This document shows, piece by piece, positions 28,418-43,537 of a stretch of 64,000 bases of DNA. The stretch is taken from assembly GCA_951406725.2 (NCBI GenBank), contig OX597833.1, positions 52,390,001-52,454,000 on the forward strand, given 5' to 3'. A program made the position numbers and the translations under genes. How positions within the stretch are numbered: position 1 is the first letter of the stretch; each line of letters starts with the position of its first letter. Origin of the DNA: Octopus vulgaris. Lineage: Eukaryota. The notes beneath the pieces are model-generated. The model made no database searches, was not told the DNA's origin, and worked only from the letters and a program-made list of their open reading frames with translations.

Positions 28418-28442
28418 TACATCTGCATTTTCAAATGTGTAT

Positions 28443-28512
<70 letters not shown>

Positions 28513-28517
<5 letters not shown>

Positions 28518-28716
28518 ATCCAAAGAAGAAAACACAAAAAAAAACACAATAACGCGAGGACGTGGAACAAATATAGTATTATTGGACGCTCAGGAAAGAA
28601 GGAAAGAAGGAGGGTTTAACGTTTCGAACGGAGCTCTTCGTCGGAAACATAGGTGAAGGAAATATCCAGAGAAGGGAAGACAGAGGGAAAAAAATCGCCA
28701 ACGGTACACACGAGGT

Positions 28717-28719
<3 letters not shown>
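28513..28719 (-). mobile_element. ~200-bp hammerhead-bearing element in (TA)n
   Basis: Same family as 26172-26370; (TA)n on both sides. Confidence 0.78.
28614..28648 (-). ncRNA. Minimal hammerhead, U4C variant core
   Basis: Minus strand: gttt-CCGACGA-a-gagctccgttc-GAAAcgTT-aaac. Confidence 0.65.
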
Positions 28720-28764
<45 letters not shown>

Positions 28765-28857
28765 AATTTTTTGCGTAATAATATAAATAACATAGACTGT
28801 GTAGATATTAGTAAGAGCATTTATAGTTATAAGGTCTTACAGCTTATATATATATAT

Positions 28858-29080
28858 GAGCTGGCAGAAACGTTAGCACGCCGGGCGAAATGTTTAGCGG
28901 TATTTCGTCTGCTGCTACGTTCTGAGTTCAAATTCCGCCGAGGTCGACTTTGCCTTTCATCCTTTCGGAGTCGATAAATTAAGTACCAGTTTCGCACTGG
29001 GGTCGATATAATCGACTTAATCCGTTTGTCTGTACTTTTTCGTCTCCTCTGTGTTTAGCCCCTTGTGGGTAGTAAAGAAA
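28858..29080 (+). mobile_element. SINE family C
   Basis: Homologous to 22332 and 51140. Confidence 0.9.
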
Positions 29081-29484
29081 TATATATATATACAAAATGA
29101 AATAATATTTGTCTTTTTTTATAGAAACAAAAACAGCCCTATAAAGGACTGCAAAAGAAGTGCTCAGATATAAATGAGTCGGTTGACATTTATTTTATTT
29201 TATTTTATTTTTACCTTTACTTATTTTATATTTTTTCTATTAGGTATTTTTTGGTAGTTTTTGAATTTTTAGCTGTTTATGTTTAACATTTTGATAGACC
29301 GTTCTATTTGTATCTTATTCGATTATATATTTTTACCTTCTTTGATTTTATGTATATGCATTATTTTTTGTGTTTGAGAACCATCGAGTTTTTCATGTAT
29401 GATCAAATGTTTTAAGGATGTTGCTATATATAATGTCGTTGTGGCAAATTTAATGTTTGTCCTATAATTCTACAATCAATACTT

Positions 29485-29535
<51 letters not shown>

Positions 29536-29985
29536 CATACATACATACATATGCATATATGCGTCTTTCCGTTTCTACACTGAGAGAGCTTTGGTCGATC
29601 CGAGACTATAAAAGACGATACTTGCTCAAGGTGCCATGCAGTGGGTCCGAACCCGGAGCCATGTGGTTGGGAAGCAAATATTTTACCGCACACCCATACA
29701 GTATTTGTATTATGCATTTGTTCACATTGTTCACATACACACATCTATATATGAATTATATAAAATACCTGCTTATGTGTGTGTATACACACACACACAC
29801 ACACATAGAAACATACATACACACACACACACATATATATATAACTATAACACGCACATACAGTTGTATATATACATTTATGTATATACACATACCTATA
29901 TATATATACATTTACATATGTATGTATGTATATCTATCTATCTATCCATCTATCTATCTATCTATTTATTATATATATATATATA

Positions 29986-30051
<66 letters not shown>

Positions 30052-30069
30052 TATAATACATATATATAC

Positions 30070-30144
<75 letters not shown>

Positions 30145-30640
30145 CATGCATACTACATGCATACATACATATGTACATACACACGTAGACATATACATAT
30201 ACGCTCATAGATATATGTACCATTCCATGTGTTTTAACAATGAACTCTATGGAAGTCTTTAATTTCCCTTGTAAGATGACGCTTGGCTCCGGTTGTGATC
30301 TATGAATCTAACAGATGCGGAAAATAATCCCTCGGATAGGAAGCTAGTAACAGTATATCTCTGATAACTTCTCCATATTTACCGAGAACTTATCATTGAG
30401 ACCTAAACTCATATTTGGTCGAGTAGTTAAGGTGTTTGACCTGCAGTTATAAGTTAGGTGTTCGATCCTATTAGATGTCTTCTTTAGGCATCTGTGTTGT
30501 TCCATAGTATTGGTTTGATCCAAGCCTTACCTTCTACTAGTTTTAGTCATTTAGACGTGGCCATCGTGGGGCAGGACCCTGAATCGTTTTAGCAGACGAC
30601 TGTACTACATTACGTATATTTTTTTGAAAATATATGTAAT

Positions 30641-30809
30641 GGCGCAGGAGTGGCTGTGTGGTAAGTAGCTTCCTAACCAACCACATGGTTCCGGGTTCAG
30701 TCCCACTGCGTGGCACCTTGGGCAAGTGTCCTCTGCAATAGCCTCGGGCCGACCAAAGCCTTGTGAGTGGATTTGGTAGACGGAAACTGAAAGAAGCCCG
30801 TCGTATATA

Positions 30810-30897
<88 letters not shown>

Positions 30898-31108
30898 AGT
30901 TTTTGTGTCTGTGTTTGTCCCTCCAATATCGTTTGACAACCGATGCTGGTGTGTTTACGTCCCCGTCACTTAGCGGTTCGGCAAAAGAGACCGATAGAAT
31001 AAGTACTAGGCTTACAAAGAATAAGTCTTGGGGTCGATTTGCTCGACTAAAGGCGGTGCTCCAGCATGGCCGCAGTCAAATGACTGAAACAAATAAAAGA
31101 GTAAAGAG
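30641..31108 (+). mobile_element. SINE family B, full length, with expanded internal (TA)n(TG)n
   Basis: Family consensus match. Confidence 0.92.
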
Positions 31109-31420
31109 TAAGTCTGAAACTTAATCAATCAGTAGTATTTGCCGAACCGCTAAGTTACGGGGACGTTGACAAAACAACGCAAATTGTCCAGCGGTGGTCG
31201 GGAACAAATACAGATACAAAGATACACACACATAAGTATATTTATGCGATGGGATTCCACATAGTTTCCATGTATCAAATTCACTCACAAGTTATAGTAG
31301 TATGTACTCTAACGAGGTGCCACACAGTGGGACCGATCTCAAAACCACGTGATTGCAAAGCGAGATTTTACTACTCAGCTATGAATGTGCATTTTGAGTG
31401 TAACTACATCAACATAAATA

Positions 31421-32079
<659 letters not shown>

Positions 32080-32392
32080 GCTGTTAGAACATCATATCTA
32101 CACAGCCTCAAGATGGTGCGTTGACGTGTAAATGTGTATTAAAAGTGCGTGCATTGTCTTCTATATTGACGTATACAATTTATACGCATTGTCTTAAGGT
32201 TTTTACTATTTTGTCTGTGTCTTCGATACGTGACATCTGTAAACAAGCAATGTATATAATTATATATACATATATATGTATGTACGTATATGTAGATGTA
32301 TATGTATATATATATATGTATGTACGTATATGTACATGTATATGTATATATATATGCACATACATAATATATATATATATCTTTATCTTTTT

Positions 32393-32606
32393 CTCTTTTA
32401 CTCTTTTACTTGTTTCAGTCATTTGACTGCGGCCATGCTGGAGCACCGCCTTTAATCGAGCAACTCGACACCGGGACTTATTCTTTTGTAAGCCCAGTAC
32501 TTATTCTATCGGTCTCTTTTGCCGAACCGCTAAGTGACGGGGACATAAACACACCAGCATCGGTTGTCAAGCAATGCTAGGGGGACAAACACAGACACAC
32601 AAACAT

Positions 32607-32637
<31 letters not shown>

Positions 32638-32800
32638 CGACAGGCTTCTTTCAGTTTCCGTCTACCAAATCCACTCACAAGGCTTTGGTGGGCCCGAGGC
32701 TATAGTAGAAGACACTTGCGCAAGGTGCCACGCAGTGGGACTGAACCCGGAAGCATGTGATTAGTAAACAAGCTACTTACCACACAGCCACTCCTGCGCC
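32393..32800 (-). mobile_element. SINE family B, full length
   Basis: Family consensus match, reverse strand. Confidence 0.92.
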
Positions 32801-33017
32801 TATATATAATATATATATGTATACACATATTAACTTATGCAGACCTACATATACACACGTAAATACACATACGCACCCGTACAGAGAGTGTCGGTTATTT
32901 TAGTTATGCAACCGATCCGATTATCTTTCAACGATGCTCAGATGGGGAACAGATTTAAAATACCGTAAAACCTGCCAAAAAACCTTTGCTATGAAGGTTA
33001 TCATCCTAGGTATCTTG

Positions 33018-33066
<49 letters not shown>

Positions 33067-33149
33067 GTACGTGTGTGTGTGTTTGCAGATCTCTCTCTCT
33101 CACTCTCTCTCTTTCTATCTATCTCTATATATGTATGTATATATATAAT

Positions 33150-33185
<36 letters not shown>

Positions 33186-33283
33186 TACATGTATGTATAT
33201 ATCTACATGCATACAAGTATATACAGTCAGACTTAGTAAATGCATGCATAGTTTATATATATATATGTATATTATATATATAT

Positions 33284-33467
<184 letters not shown>

Positions 33468-33834
33468 CATATACATATATGTATGCATACACACACACAC
33501 ACGCATATATGTTGCTGCTGCTGCTGGTGATGTTGCTGCCGCTACCACTGCCGGTTCATTTTGTGCTTCTGCTTCTGGTGTTGAAGCTGGCGATGATTAC
33601 TTAGTTGGGCCCCAAGCCATATTATTTGTGGAGTATGTGATGGCATAATGCATGTACATACCTTAACCGTTGGCAATAGTGACATATGTAAAGTGTTTTC
33701 CTTTTTCATATTGGAAGCCAGTTTACAGCGTCGATTTGACGTGTGATCATCCGTATCGTCATTACGTTATTAAAACTTAACTAGTTTCTCCTTAAGATAT
33801 GCAAGTGCATACGTACTAAAGTAATGATATTATA

Positions 33835-34318
33835 GGTGGCGAGTTGGCAGAAACGTTAGCACGCCGGGCGAAATGCTTCGAGCTATTTCGTCTGCCGCGA
33901 CGTTCTGAGTTCAAATCCCGCCGAGATCAACTTTGCCTTTCATCCTTTCGGGGTCCATTATGTAAGTACCTATTTCTTTATTACCCCCAAGGGGCTAAAC
34001 ATAGAGGGGACTAACAAGGACAGACATAGGTATTAAGTCGATTACATCGACCCCAGTGCGTAACCGGTACTTATTTAATCGACCCCGAAAGGATGAAAGG
34101 CAAAGTCGACCTCGGCGGAATTTGAACCCAGAACGTAGCGGCAGACGAAATACGGCTACGCATTTCGCCCGGCGTGCTAACGTTTCTTCCAGCTCGCCAC
34201 CTTCATTATGTAAGTACCAGTTACTCACTGGGGTCGATATAATCGACTTAATCCGTTTGTCTGTCCTTGTTTGTCCTCTCTGTGCTTAGCCCCTTGTGGG
34301 TAGTAAAGAAATAGGTAT
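33835..34318 (+). mobile_element. SINE family C split by an inverted family C copy (33971-34203)
   Basis: 15-bp TSD cattatgtaagtacc at 33956-33970 and 34204-34218. Confidence 0.88.
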
Positions 34319-34779
34319 TATAGTAAGACCGTTATTATATATATGTTAGAGAAAGAGAGAGAAGGAGAGAGGGAGAGAGAGGCTCCAGCCTGGCTGCACG
34401 GTCTGGTCTGCTAGTAACAAATAAATCTTCAACTTACCCCTTAAAACAGTTCCTAAAAGGTTACTCAATCACAATTGATAGAATAGTTCAAAGCTCTGTA
34501 TGCCTGAAAGGTTTTTGAGATGATCATAGCTGGAATGCATTAGGACCTAGGTGAGCTCCTTCAGAGCTAACTTCTAGCTAAACAGCACTGTCCGCTAAGG
34601 ACCAAAACCACATCCAGTAGCGGCAGCAATAACTTCGCTGTATAGACGTTGTAATTATGGAAAATATGTAATACTAAAAGTGAAGGGGCATGGCTTAATG
34701 ATTAGGGTATTCGCCTCACGATCGTAACGTCGTGAGTTCAATACCCGGCAATGGGTATTGAACTCTCGCAATCTTGTGT

Positions 34780-35080
34780 TTGGTGGGCTCTTGATCTTCT
34801 CTATTATCTTGTCTAATCCGCCACTTTGATAGTACATCTCTCATTCTTCATTGATACGATGTAGCTAGCCTGTCTATATTTGTTCTCCTTGACGGTTCCT
34901 ATGATGTTGCCTCTCGTATGCTATAGAATCCAGGCGTTCGATGTCTTGTTTCCAGGACAGGAATTTTTATTAACATTGTAGTAATTCGATTTTGTATTTC
35001 GATAAGACTTGTATTTAGCTTAACCTATGTGAAACCGAGGTTTGCAGGAATGGTTCTCTTACCAAGTGGCATTCAGCAAA
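34780..35080 (-). pseudogene. Old RTE-type LINE 3' relic
   Basis: NAWIL*HTRGNIIGTVKENKYRQASYIVSMKNERCTIKVAD resembles the RTE C-terminal segment NEWIR..IK..KWRWAGHV.R...RWT. Confidence 0.5.
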
Positions 35081-35460
35081 CACTCCATGTAAATATATTT
35101 CAACCCAGCATATATTCACCTCATTAACCAAATTATACAATACTTAAAAACAGTAATATCTACAGTAGCAGCAGGTGGATTTGCATCCCTTGGGTTTCCC
35201 CACAGTGGTCACTCATTTCAGTACTTGCCAACCTCATCAGTGGTAGTAACTTACTAGTTTCTATAACCCGATTGACGTCATTTTTGTGTGTATGTGCGTG
35301 TGCATGCGCCAGCGTGTGTGTGTTTGCATACATATTTGCGTGTGTGTGTGTGTGTGTTTGATTCTTCGTATGCACACACATATCTTATAAATACATTCCA
35401 AATATTTACATAGCATAGTTAAACACATATAACAAATATTTGTATAACACACGCATATGA

Positions 35461-35524
<64 letters not shown>

Positions 35525-35779
35525 ATGTGTGTGTTTGTGTCTGTCTGTCTGTACGTACATAAATATAAGTAGCGATATGTTTGTGTATATATATATATGT
35601 GTGTATAAATATAATTATATATATATAGATATGCATATATATATATGTATACATGTATATAAATATATATATATGTATATATATATATATGTATATATGT
35701 ATATATATGTAAATATATGTATATATATGTATATATATGTATGTATATATATATATATATATATAAATGTATATATATT

Positions 35780-35826
<47 letters not shown>

Positions 35827-36497
35827 GGATGGATGGGGGTACTTGAGTGTGTTTATGTATTACGTACGTACCTATGAGAGAAACGGCGGGGTGAAGCGAC
35901 GGGCCGATGAGAGAAATTTGCGGGGGATGTTTTTTCTAGAACGTTCACTCTAGTACTGCTAATTAATACCAGAGGGACTCTCCTAATTATAATTCAGCTG
36001 CAATAGAGGACATCAGAGATTATTCTTTTCTTTTTGTTTTTTGCTTTTGTTTTATTTTACTTATGTTCACAGGAGAAAATGATAAAACGATGGAATGATG
36101 GCAAAGAGTTGTAGGGGGAGAGGACGAAATGCATTGCTCAGATGGGCAAATTCGAAGCAAGAGTACTGCTGTTGTAGTAATGTTGAAAGGCTTTTTTTTT
36201 TTTTTTTTTCGAAACCTGCTTTAATTATGTTTAGATGGATAGTCGATAAAATACACCAGACTGGGTATAAGGCAGGGTGCCGTATTTTCGTCTTGCTTGA
36301 AACGAAGAAGTGAGTCAGTGTTTGAAGTGAATAAGAAGTTTGAAATGGTTTTTTGAAGTCTCTCGCGAAACACGTAGCAGATGTAATTGAAAAAAGTAGC
36401 ATCTTTTCGTCAACGGCTACTTAAAATGGGCATCACAGTATATGAACATCGTGCTTAAATAATAATAATAATGATGATAATAATAATAATAATAATG

Positions 36498-36579
<82 letters not shown>

Positions 36580-36580
36580 C

Positions 36581-36614
<34 letters not shown>

Positions 36615-36615
<1 letters not shown>

Positions 36616-36978
36616 TCCTTTCTACTATAGCTACAATGCCTGAAATTTAGAGCTCAACTGGTACTTATTTTATCGACCCCGAAAAGATGCAAGGCAAATT
36701 CGACCTCGAAGGAATTTGAACTCAGAACGTAAGGACGGATGAAATACCTATTTCTTTACTACTCACAAGGGGCTAAACACAGAGAGGGCAAACAAGGACA
36801 GACAAACGGATTAAGTCGATTACATCGACCCCAGTGCGTAACTGGTACTTATTTAATCGACCCCGAAAGGATGACAGGCAAAGTCGACCTCGGCGGAATT
36901 TGAACTCAGAACGTAGCGGCAGACGAAATACCGCTAAGCATTTCGCCCGGCGAGCTAACGTTTCTGCCAGCTCGCCGC
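36615..36978 (-). mobile_element. SINE family C (full copy plus partial copy)
   Basis: Reverse complement of family C, between (TAA)n tracts. Confidence 0.88.
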
Positions 36979-37022
36979 TATCAATAATAATAATGATGAA
37001 GATGATGAAGATGATGATGATG

Positions 37023-37105
<83 letters not shown>

Positions 37106-37124
37106 AAGAAGAAGAAGAAGAATA

Positions 37125-37330
37125 CCCCAAAAGAAGTGCAAAAATTTCTGAAAGTAGAAAGATCTTGAAATTGGGGTATTCAAGATGTGGGACATGAAAA
37201 TGAAAGCAATACTAGTAATAATTGGAACATTGGGCTTAATAAAAAAAGAAAAAAGTATGAACAAAAGCGTAGAAACTTTATCTGGACCCTCAACACTACA
37301 CACTGTCCAAAAACTAGCCCAGCTAAAAAC
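37125..37330 (+). pseudogene. Dong/R4 REL endonuclease 3' relic
   Basis: KDLEIGVFKMWDMKMKAILVIIGTLGLIKK..VQKLA, homologous to the 41038 ORF end. Confidence 0.75.
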
Positions 37331-37774
37331 AGCCCACTTTCAACGCTAGGCGCTATCAATTTAGTAATAAAACTCAAATAAAACTATCCACAAGACACAC
37401 TCTATATAAGACACACTATATATAAGATACACTCTATTTAGTATGTATCTAATAAAATAAACAACTCCTATAATATGTATTCTATAGGCCAGATACCCAA
37501 CAGATGCACACAACTCACATTACATACAGATAATTCACATTACAGAGACGACATACAATACAAACACTAGTACAACAAAAGACTGCAGCCAAACCCCCAT
37601 AGCAAAACAAATAGATGCAATACAATACCGGGGGGAATTTGCATTCCATCAACAACAAAAGAAAGATCACACAAGGTTGCTCACTCCTCAGCAGCACGGC
37701 TGTGTAGTAGGTGGTGCAGTGGAAATTTTGTCGAAATTATCAAATGTCGTATCGTATGATGATGATGGTGGTGG

Positions 37775-37820
<46 letters not shown>

Positions 37821-37901
37821 AATGATGATGATGATGGTGATGATGATGATGATAATGATGATGATAATAATAATAATAATAATAATAACAATAACAATAA
37901 C

Positions 37902-37966
<65 letters not shown>

Positions 37967-37968
37967 TG

Positions 37969-38023
<55 letters not shown>

Positions 38024-38051
38024 TGATGATGATGATAATAATAATAATAAA

Positions 38052-38588
38052 TGCCCTGATACAGTACCAGGCAGTGGCTCTCATGGCTTCTGATCTTAAC
38101 TGATTGGAAATGTTATCATTTACATTGTTTTGTCTTGGCATAAAAAATGGGCTACAGCAAATATTCCGCTCAACACCACAGATTTGCTTGTCAGTTGTTT
38201 GACCTTAACCAGTTGAGCATGTCCCTCAGTGGCTGTCGATATGTGCATCTCTGATCACGAGCAGAAGTATGGGGGAACAGCATATCCATGTGTTGAGAGG
38301 GATTCTTTGGGGTTTGAATAATTCACCTTTGGAAACATGGGTGTTTTGTTCAACATCCTTAAACAACCCTTATTCAGGGACCTTTTGAGTGCGATGGGTT
38401 ACTCGACCAGAAGAAAATTCGGCTCCACCTGCAAGGTCGTGTGCTGTTTATCTTGATATGAGATCACCATGTCGCGCATATATGGTTGTGATGCATGTGC
38501 CTAGTCTACACTTATCAGACGGGTAGTCATGATGGGTATACTGGGCTTCGTATATTTTACCCCAGTAGCCTGAACTGTTCTCTCACTC
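38052..38588 (+). mobile_element. (TAA)n-associated element D, full length
   Basis: (TAA)n-tgccctgat..ctctcactc-(AAT)n. Confidence 0.88.
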
Positions 38589-38623
<35 letters not shown>

Positions 38624-38632
38624 GGCCTGAAA

Positions 38633-38785
38633 TTCAATGGTTGGTCTCTTCTTGGTAAAATCAGAAACAGAAGGGTTCATCATAGCTGCCCAAGATCAAT
38701 GCCTATCTACAAGAAACTACCAAGAAGGAACGGCCATAACCAAGCATGTTATGTATGTCAACAACAAAGCGAAACCATAACTTAC
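38633..38785 (+). pseudogene. Dong/R4 ORF relic
   Basis: KSETEGFIIAAQDQCLSTRNYQ..CYVCQQQSETI. Confidence 0.75.
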
Positions 38786-38899
38786 ATGGAAACAATGAGA
38801 GTGCTTTCAAGGGAGATAATCAGAGAAAGACTTGAAAGTCAACGTAAGATCGTAATACTTCATGTAAACTAAAGTAAATATAACAAATAATACAGAATC

Positions 38900-39081
38900 C
38901 TGGTACGGTACTGGATTGATCCGCAAATCTAATCAATTCGTGCCAGCTACGAGGTCAAACAGCCTTGAACTTTTCTTCCGAATTCATCTAGTGGTTCTTG
39001 AGATATCTTGTCCACAGACAGACAAACAAAGAAACAAACACGACTGAATACAATACCTCCGCGTTGGCTAAGGCGGTGGTA
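38900..39081 (+). mobile_element. HINE/DINE-1-like (Helentron-associated) element end
   Basis: acagacagacaaac microsatellite followed by terminal hairpin tacctccgc..gcggtggta. Confidence 0.5.
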
Positions 39082-39639
39082 ATAATAATAATAATGATCC
39101 TTTCTATTATAGACACTAGGCTTAGAATTTGTAGGGACAGGGATAGTCCATAACATGAACTCCAGTACTTAACTATGGACAAAACATAATAGTTTTATAA
39201 GCACTTCATTATTATTTTCTGGATTACGTTCTAAGATTGGGGTTGTATCTACTAAAAGGAAAATTCATGTGTAGGAGCCGAAAAAAAAATTAAAAATTAA
39301 AATTAAAGGAAATCAGATACATGATGAGAACTTCCAGGCAATTATGTGTTTTGAATAGTTATTATTTTCTCCATTTTTTTCCCCTCTATTCTTATCGTCT
39401 TCAGTTTTGGTTTAAGAAATGAGTTTAAGACATTCTATAAGACTTGTGATATAGAATGACTTAAAGGTAGTAATAAAAGTCGACTTCAAAGCAATGGATT
39501 TTATCAAGTACAACTGCACGGAATAATAATTATGCTTTGCCTTTTTTTTTTTAATTTTGTTCTCCTACAGAGAATCTTCGGAGAATTTGGAAGTCTTCCT
39601 ATCCAGATTTTGGACGAAATATAATTTTTTCTTCTAGAC

Positions 39640-39685
<46 letters not shown>

Positions 39686-39688
39686 CAC

Positions 39689-39810
<122 letters not shown>

Positions 39811-40093
39811 ATGTGTATGTATGTATGTATGTATGTATGTATGTATATTTATATATTCTTATTTGTCTACTTGCATACGCCAAATGTTAACGAGAAATAG
39901 TTGCAACACCCACTGCATGGAAAAAAAATTGAGAATCATGATTATCGCAGATATAAAAAGAAAATGTAACAAGAATATTGTACCGCTAGATACACATGTT
40001 TGAAAAGGGAGAAACATTAATGACTTTTCTATCAACAATGTCACTGGCATGAAAAATTCAACGATTTCTTGGCAACAAGGGCAACAACACTTA

Positions 40094-40164
<71 letters not shown>

Positions 40165-40604
40165 CTACACGCACATCCAAGCTTTCTCTATATGAAGATG
40201 ATAAAAATGAAAGTGTAAGACTAGATTCATATTTTGCAAGAAAACTTTTTACCGACGAATTTTAGTAATGCAGCATGGCAGTATTACGTGGCAAAAACAA
40301 GCACTTACTACATGAAGCCGATTCACAGGCATAAGAAAGAAGGGAGGTAACTAGTCTGTATATTGCCAAAGCCAAATAGGCCTTCGATGTGCAATTTAAA
40401 TAGCATTTAGACACAGCCCTTTGCGGTACATGAAGTGACATTTACATTAGGCGAGGAAATGTATGACATAGTATATACTGTTTTAAAACTAAAAAGGAAA
40501 CGTAAGAAATATATTGGTGGACGGAGTCACTCAAGGGATTGATGTATCGACTATTCCTCTGCTCCAAAATGTCAGACCTTGTACATGTAATACAACGGAT
40601 TATT

Positions 40605-40800
40605 ATTTGTTAGAATCGTTGGCACGTCAGCCAAAATGCTTAGCGGCATTTCGTCCGTCTCTACGCTCTGAGTTCAAATTCCGCCGCGGTCGACTTTACA
40701 TTTCATCTTTTCTGGGTCGTTAAAATAAGTGCCAGTAGTATACTGGGAGTCGATGCAATCGATTTTTCAGCTCCTCCTAAATTAGTGGCCTTGTACGTAG
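40605..40800 (+). mobile_element. SINE family C, diverged
   Basis: gagttcaaattccgccgcggtcgacttt. Confidence 0.75.
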
Positions 40801-40811
40801 AGTAGAGAGGA

Positions 40812-40883
<72 letters not shown>

Positions 40884-43365
40884 GTCATTTACTTTTAATC
40901 TGCATGTTTGATGCAATCACTTGCCGGAGCACACCCAGCGCCCTAGGGCAAGTGAAGGTTAAGAGTTGTTGAAATATAGCTGAAAGCTTGGGGAGGGGAA
41001 GTAGAGATATATCTCCATGTAATGCAAACACAAACATTTACATTGATAGGGTTTTTCTAAGGATGTGGGCAGTACTTGTTAGCACAATCTTTTGGATTTC
41101 CTTGAGACATGGTTTTCCAGGGATATTGTCTAGGTGTTTCTGACATCCCTTTTTTATCATACCTAGGGCACCTACAGTAACAGGAACAGTTTTTGTTTTA
41201 AGATTCCACATCCTCTGTATTTCGATTTCCAGGTCCTTATATTTACTAAGTTTGTCAAATTCCTTGACAGATACATTTTTATCAGTGGGGACGCTTACTT
41301 CTATTAGTCTGCAGGTATTTTCTTCCCTGTCTTTCACAATTATGTCTGGTCGATTAGCCTTGATCGTTCTGTCAGTGTTGACTGGAAAATCCCAGAGGAT
41401 GGTGACATCTTTACCTTCAACAACTGGCTGAGGATGGTGTTCATACCAGTTAGCAGGAGTGTCGGATTTGTAGTGTTTACATATCTTCCAATGTATATAC
41501 TGTCCTACCCTATCGTGGCGATTTTTGTATTCGTTTGGTGTCAGCACAGGACATCCCGAAACGAGATGGTCTATTGTTTCGTCAAATGTGTCACAGAATC
41601 TGCATTTAGGGTCAGTACCGTTTCGGAGAACGTTAGCCTGGTAATTTCTGGTAAACAAGCTTTGATCTTGTGCTGCCATTATGAAGCCTTCAGTCTCTGC
41701 TTTCAATCCAGAGCTCTTCAGCCACTGATGGGTTGTTGCTTGGTCTACATCAGCATTTTGGCTTCGGAGAATATATTGTCCATGCAGGGGCTTCTGGCTC
41801 CACCGCCTCTCAATTTGATTCTGCCCGTTCTTTTTTGCAGTCTGCTTGATTCGCTTTGCTTGCTTGGTAGCAGTGGTTTCCGACTCTTCATCTGATTCAA
41901 GGTTAACGTCTAGTTCCCTTTCGAACTTATAAGCTTCCTTGACAATAGAATGCAGCTTTTTGCTGCTTTCGTGTTCGCACACAAGTCGCAGCATCCAGTC
42001 CTTTGTACTAGATAGGTACCTGTTCATTCCTACAGTAGAGGTCTTATAGCACAGCTCTAATTGCATCATTCCTCTCCCCCGCTGCTTCTAGGTAGGTACA
42101 AGCGGTCTACATCTGCCTTAGGGTGGTGCATGCTCTTGGATGTCAGTAACTTTCTTGTCTTCCTGTCCAAGCGTTGGAGTTCCGTAAGGTTCCAGTTAAT
42201 GATGTTAAAACTGTACTGGACTACTGGAAGTGCCAGGGTGTTAATGGCCTCAATGCAATTTTTGGAGTTGAGTTCAGTCTTCAGTACAAGCCTTATTCTC
42301 CTATAATATTCCTTTCTTATCTTTTCCTTCATAGTAGCATGATGTATACCATCTCCTTCGTTGATTCCTAGGTATTTGTAACTTTCTTGTGGGTCAAGTT
42401 CCTTGATGGTAGTGTCAATATCTAATTTAACAGAAGCTGTTTGCCTGAGCTTGCCTCTTACAAAAGTTGCTTTAGCACACTTATCAAGGCCAAAATCCAT
42501 CCCGATATCATTGCTAAACTCTTTAACAGTTGTTAGCAGCCCTTCTAGCTCTTGGTCATTCCTGGCAAACAGCTTTAGGTCGTCCATATAGAAAAGGTGG
42601 TTTATTAACTTACTAAAAACTTTGTACCCATATCTGGTACTATCCAATTCGTTCGAGAGTGGGATCAGTGCCATGCAAAAAAGTAATGGAGAGAGGGAGT
42701 CACCTTGAAAGATGCCTCGTTTGATGTTGATGCTATTGGACTGGCTCATCCCATTACTATGGCTTAGAAAGAGACGTGTGTTCCACATGGTCATGCTATT
42801 CTCTAAGAATTTTGAGACGACAGGAGAGATCTTGTATATCTCAAGGGCCTTGAGTATCCATTTATGTGGGACACTGTCATACGCTTTCCTGTAGTCTATC
42901 CATGCCATACTCAGGTTTTTGTTTTTGCTCCGGCAATTCTCTACAATCATTCTGTTTATGAGCAATTGGTCTTTGCACCCATAAGAGTTTCTTTTACAAC
43001 CTTTTTGAGCTTGTGGAAGGATAGAATTTTGTTCAAGGAAAGCGTACATTCTCTCCGTTATTATGGATGTGAGGATTTTGTAGGTGGTGTTGAGACATGT
43101 TATTGGCCGGTAATTCTTTGGGTTTTTTGTGTCTTCGGTTTTAGGTAATAGGTAGGTGGTTCCTTCAGTCAGCCAAGCAGGTATTTGCTCTGGGTTCTGA
43201 ATGACATCAGACAGAGATGCAGCGAGATGTTCGTGTACCTCTGTCAAACAATTCAGCCAGAAGTTAGGGATCCGATCCAGTCCTGGGGTTTTCCATTTAT
43301 GAGCCTTCCTAAGGACACACCTTAGCTCCTCTATTCCTATTGCTTCCCATTTCTGTTCTTCAAGT

Positions 43366-43368
<3 letters not shown>
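40884..43368 (-). mobile_element. Dong/R4-clade non-LTR retrotransposon, 5'-truncated, inserted in (TAA)n
   Basis: RT, CCHC knuckle and REL domains; ~150-bp 3' UTR; (TAA)n on both sides, the known Dong target. Confidence 0.93.
41038..43368 (-). pseudogene. Reverse transcriptase-CCHC-restriction-like endonuclease ORF with one frameshift near 42070
   Basis: KTPGLD, NYRPITCL, WIDYRKAYDSV, GIFQGDSLSPLLF, HLFYMDDLKL, YKYLG; CRFCDTFDETIDHLVSGC; RHD; NRPDIIV..IEVSVP..KYKDL. Confidence 0.93.
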
Positions 43369-43409
<41 letters not shown>

Positions 43410-43410
43410 T

Positions 43411-43536
<126 letters not shown>

Positions 43537-43537
43537 T

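Noticed and set aside
36030-36420. Possible splice acceptor (pyrimidine tract + cacag at 36072) and exon
   Set aside because: No recognisable coding frame or clear donor follows; a non-coding exon cannot be excluded without RNA data.
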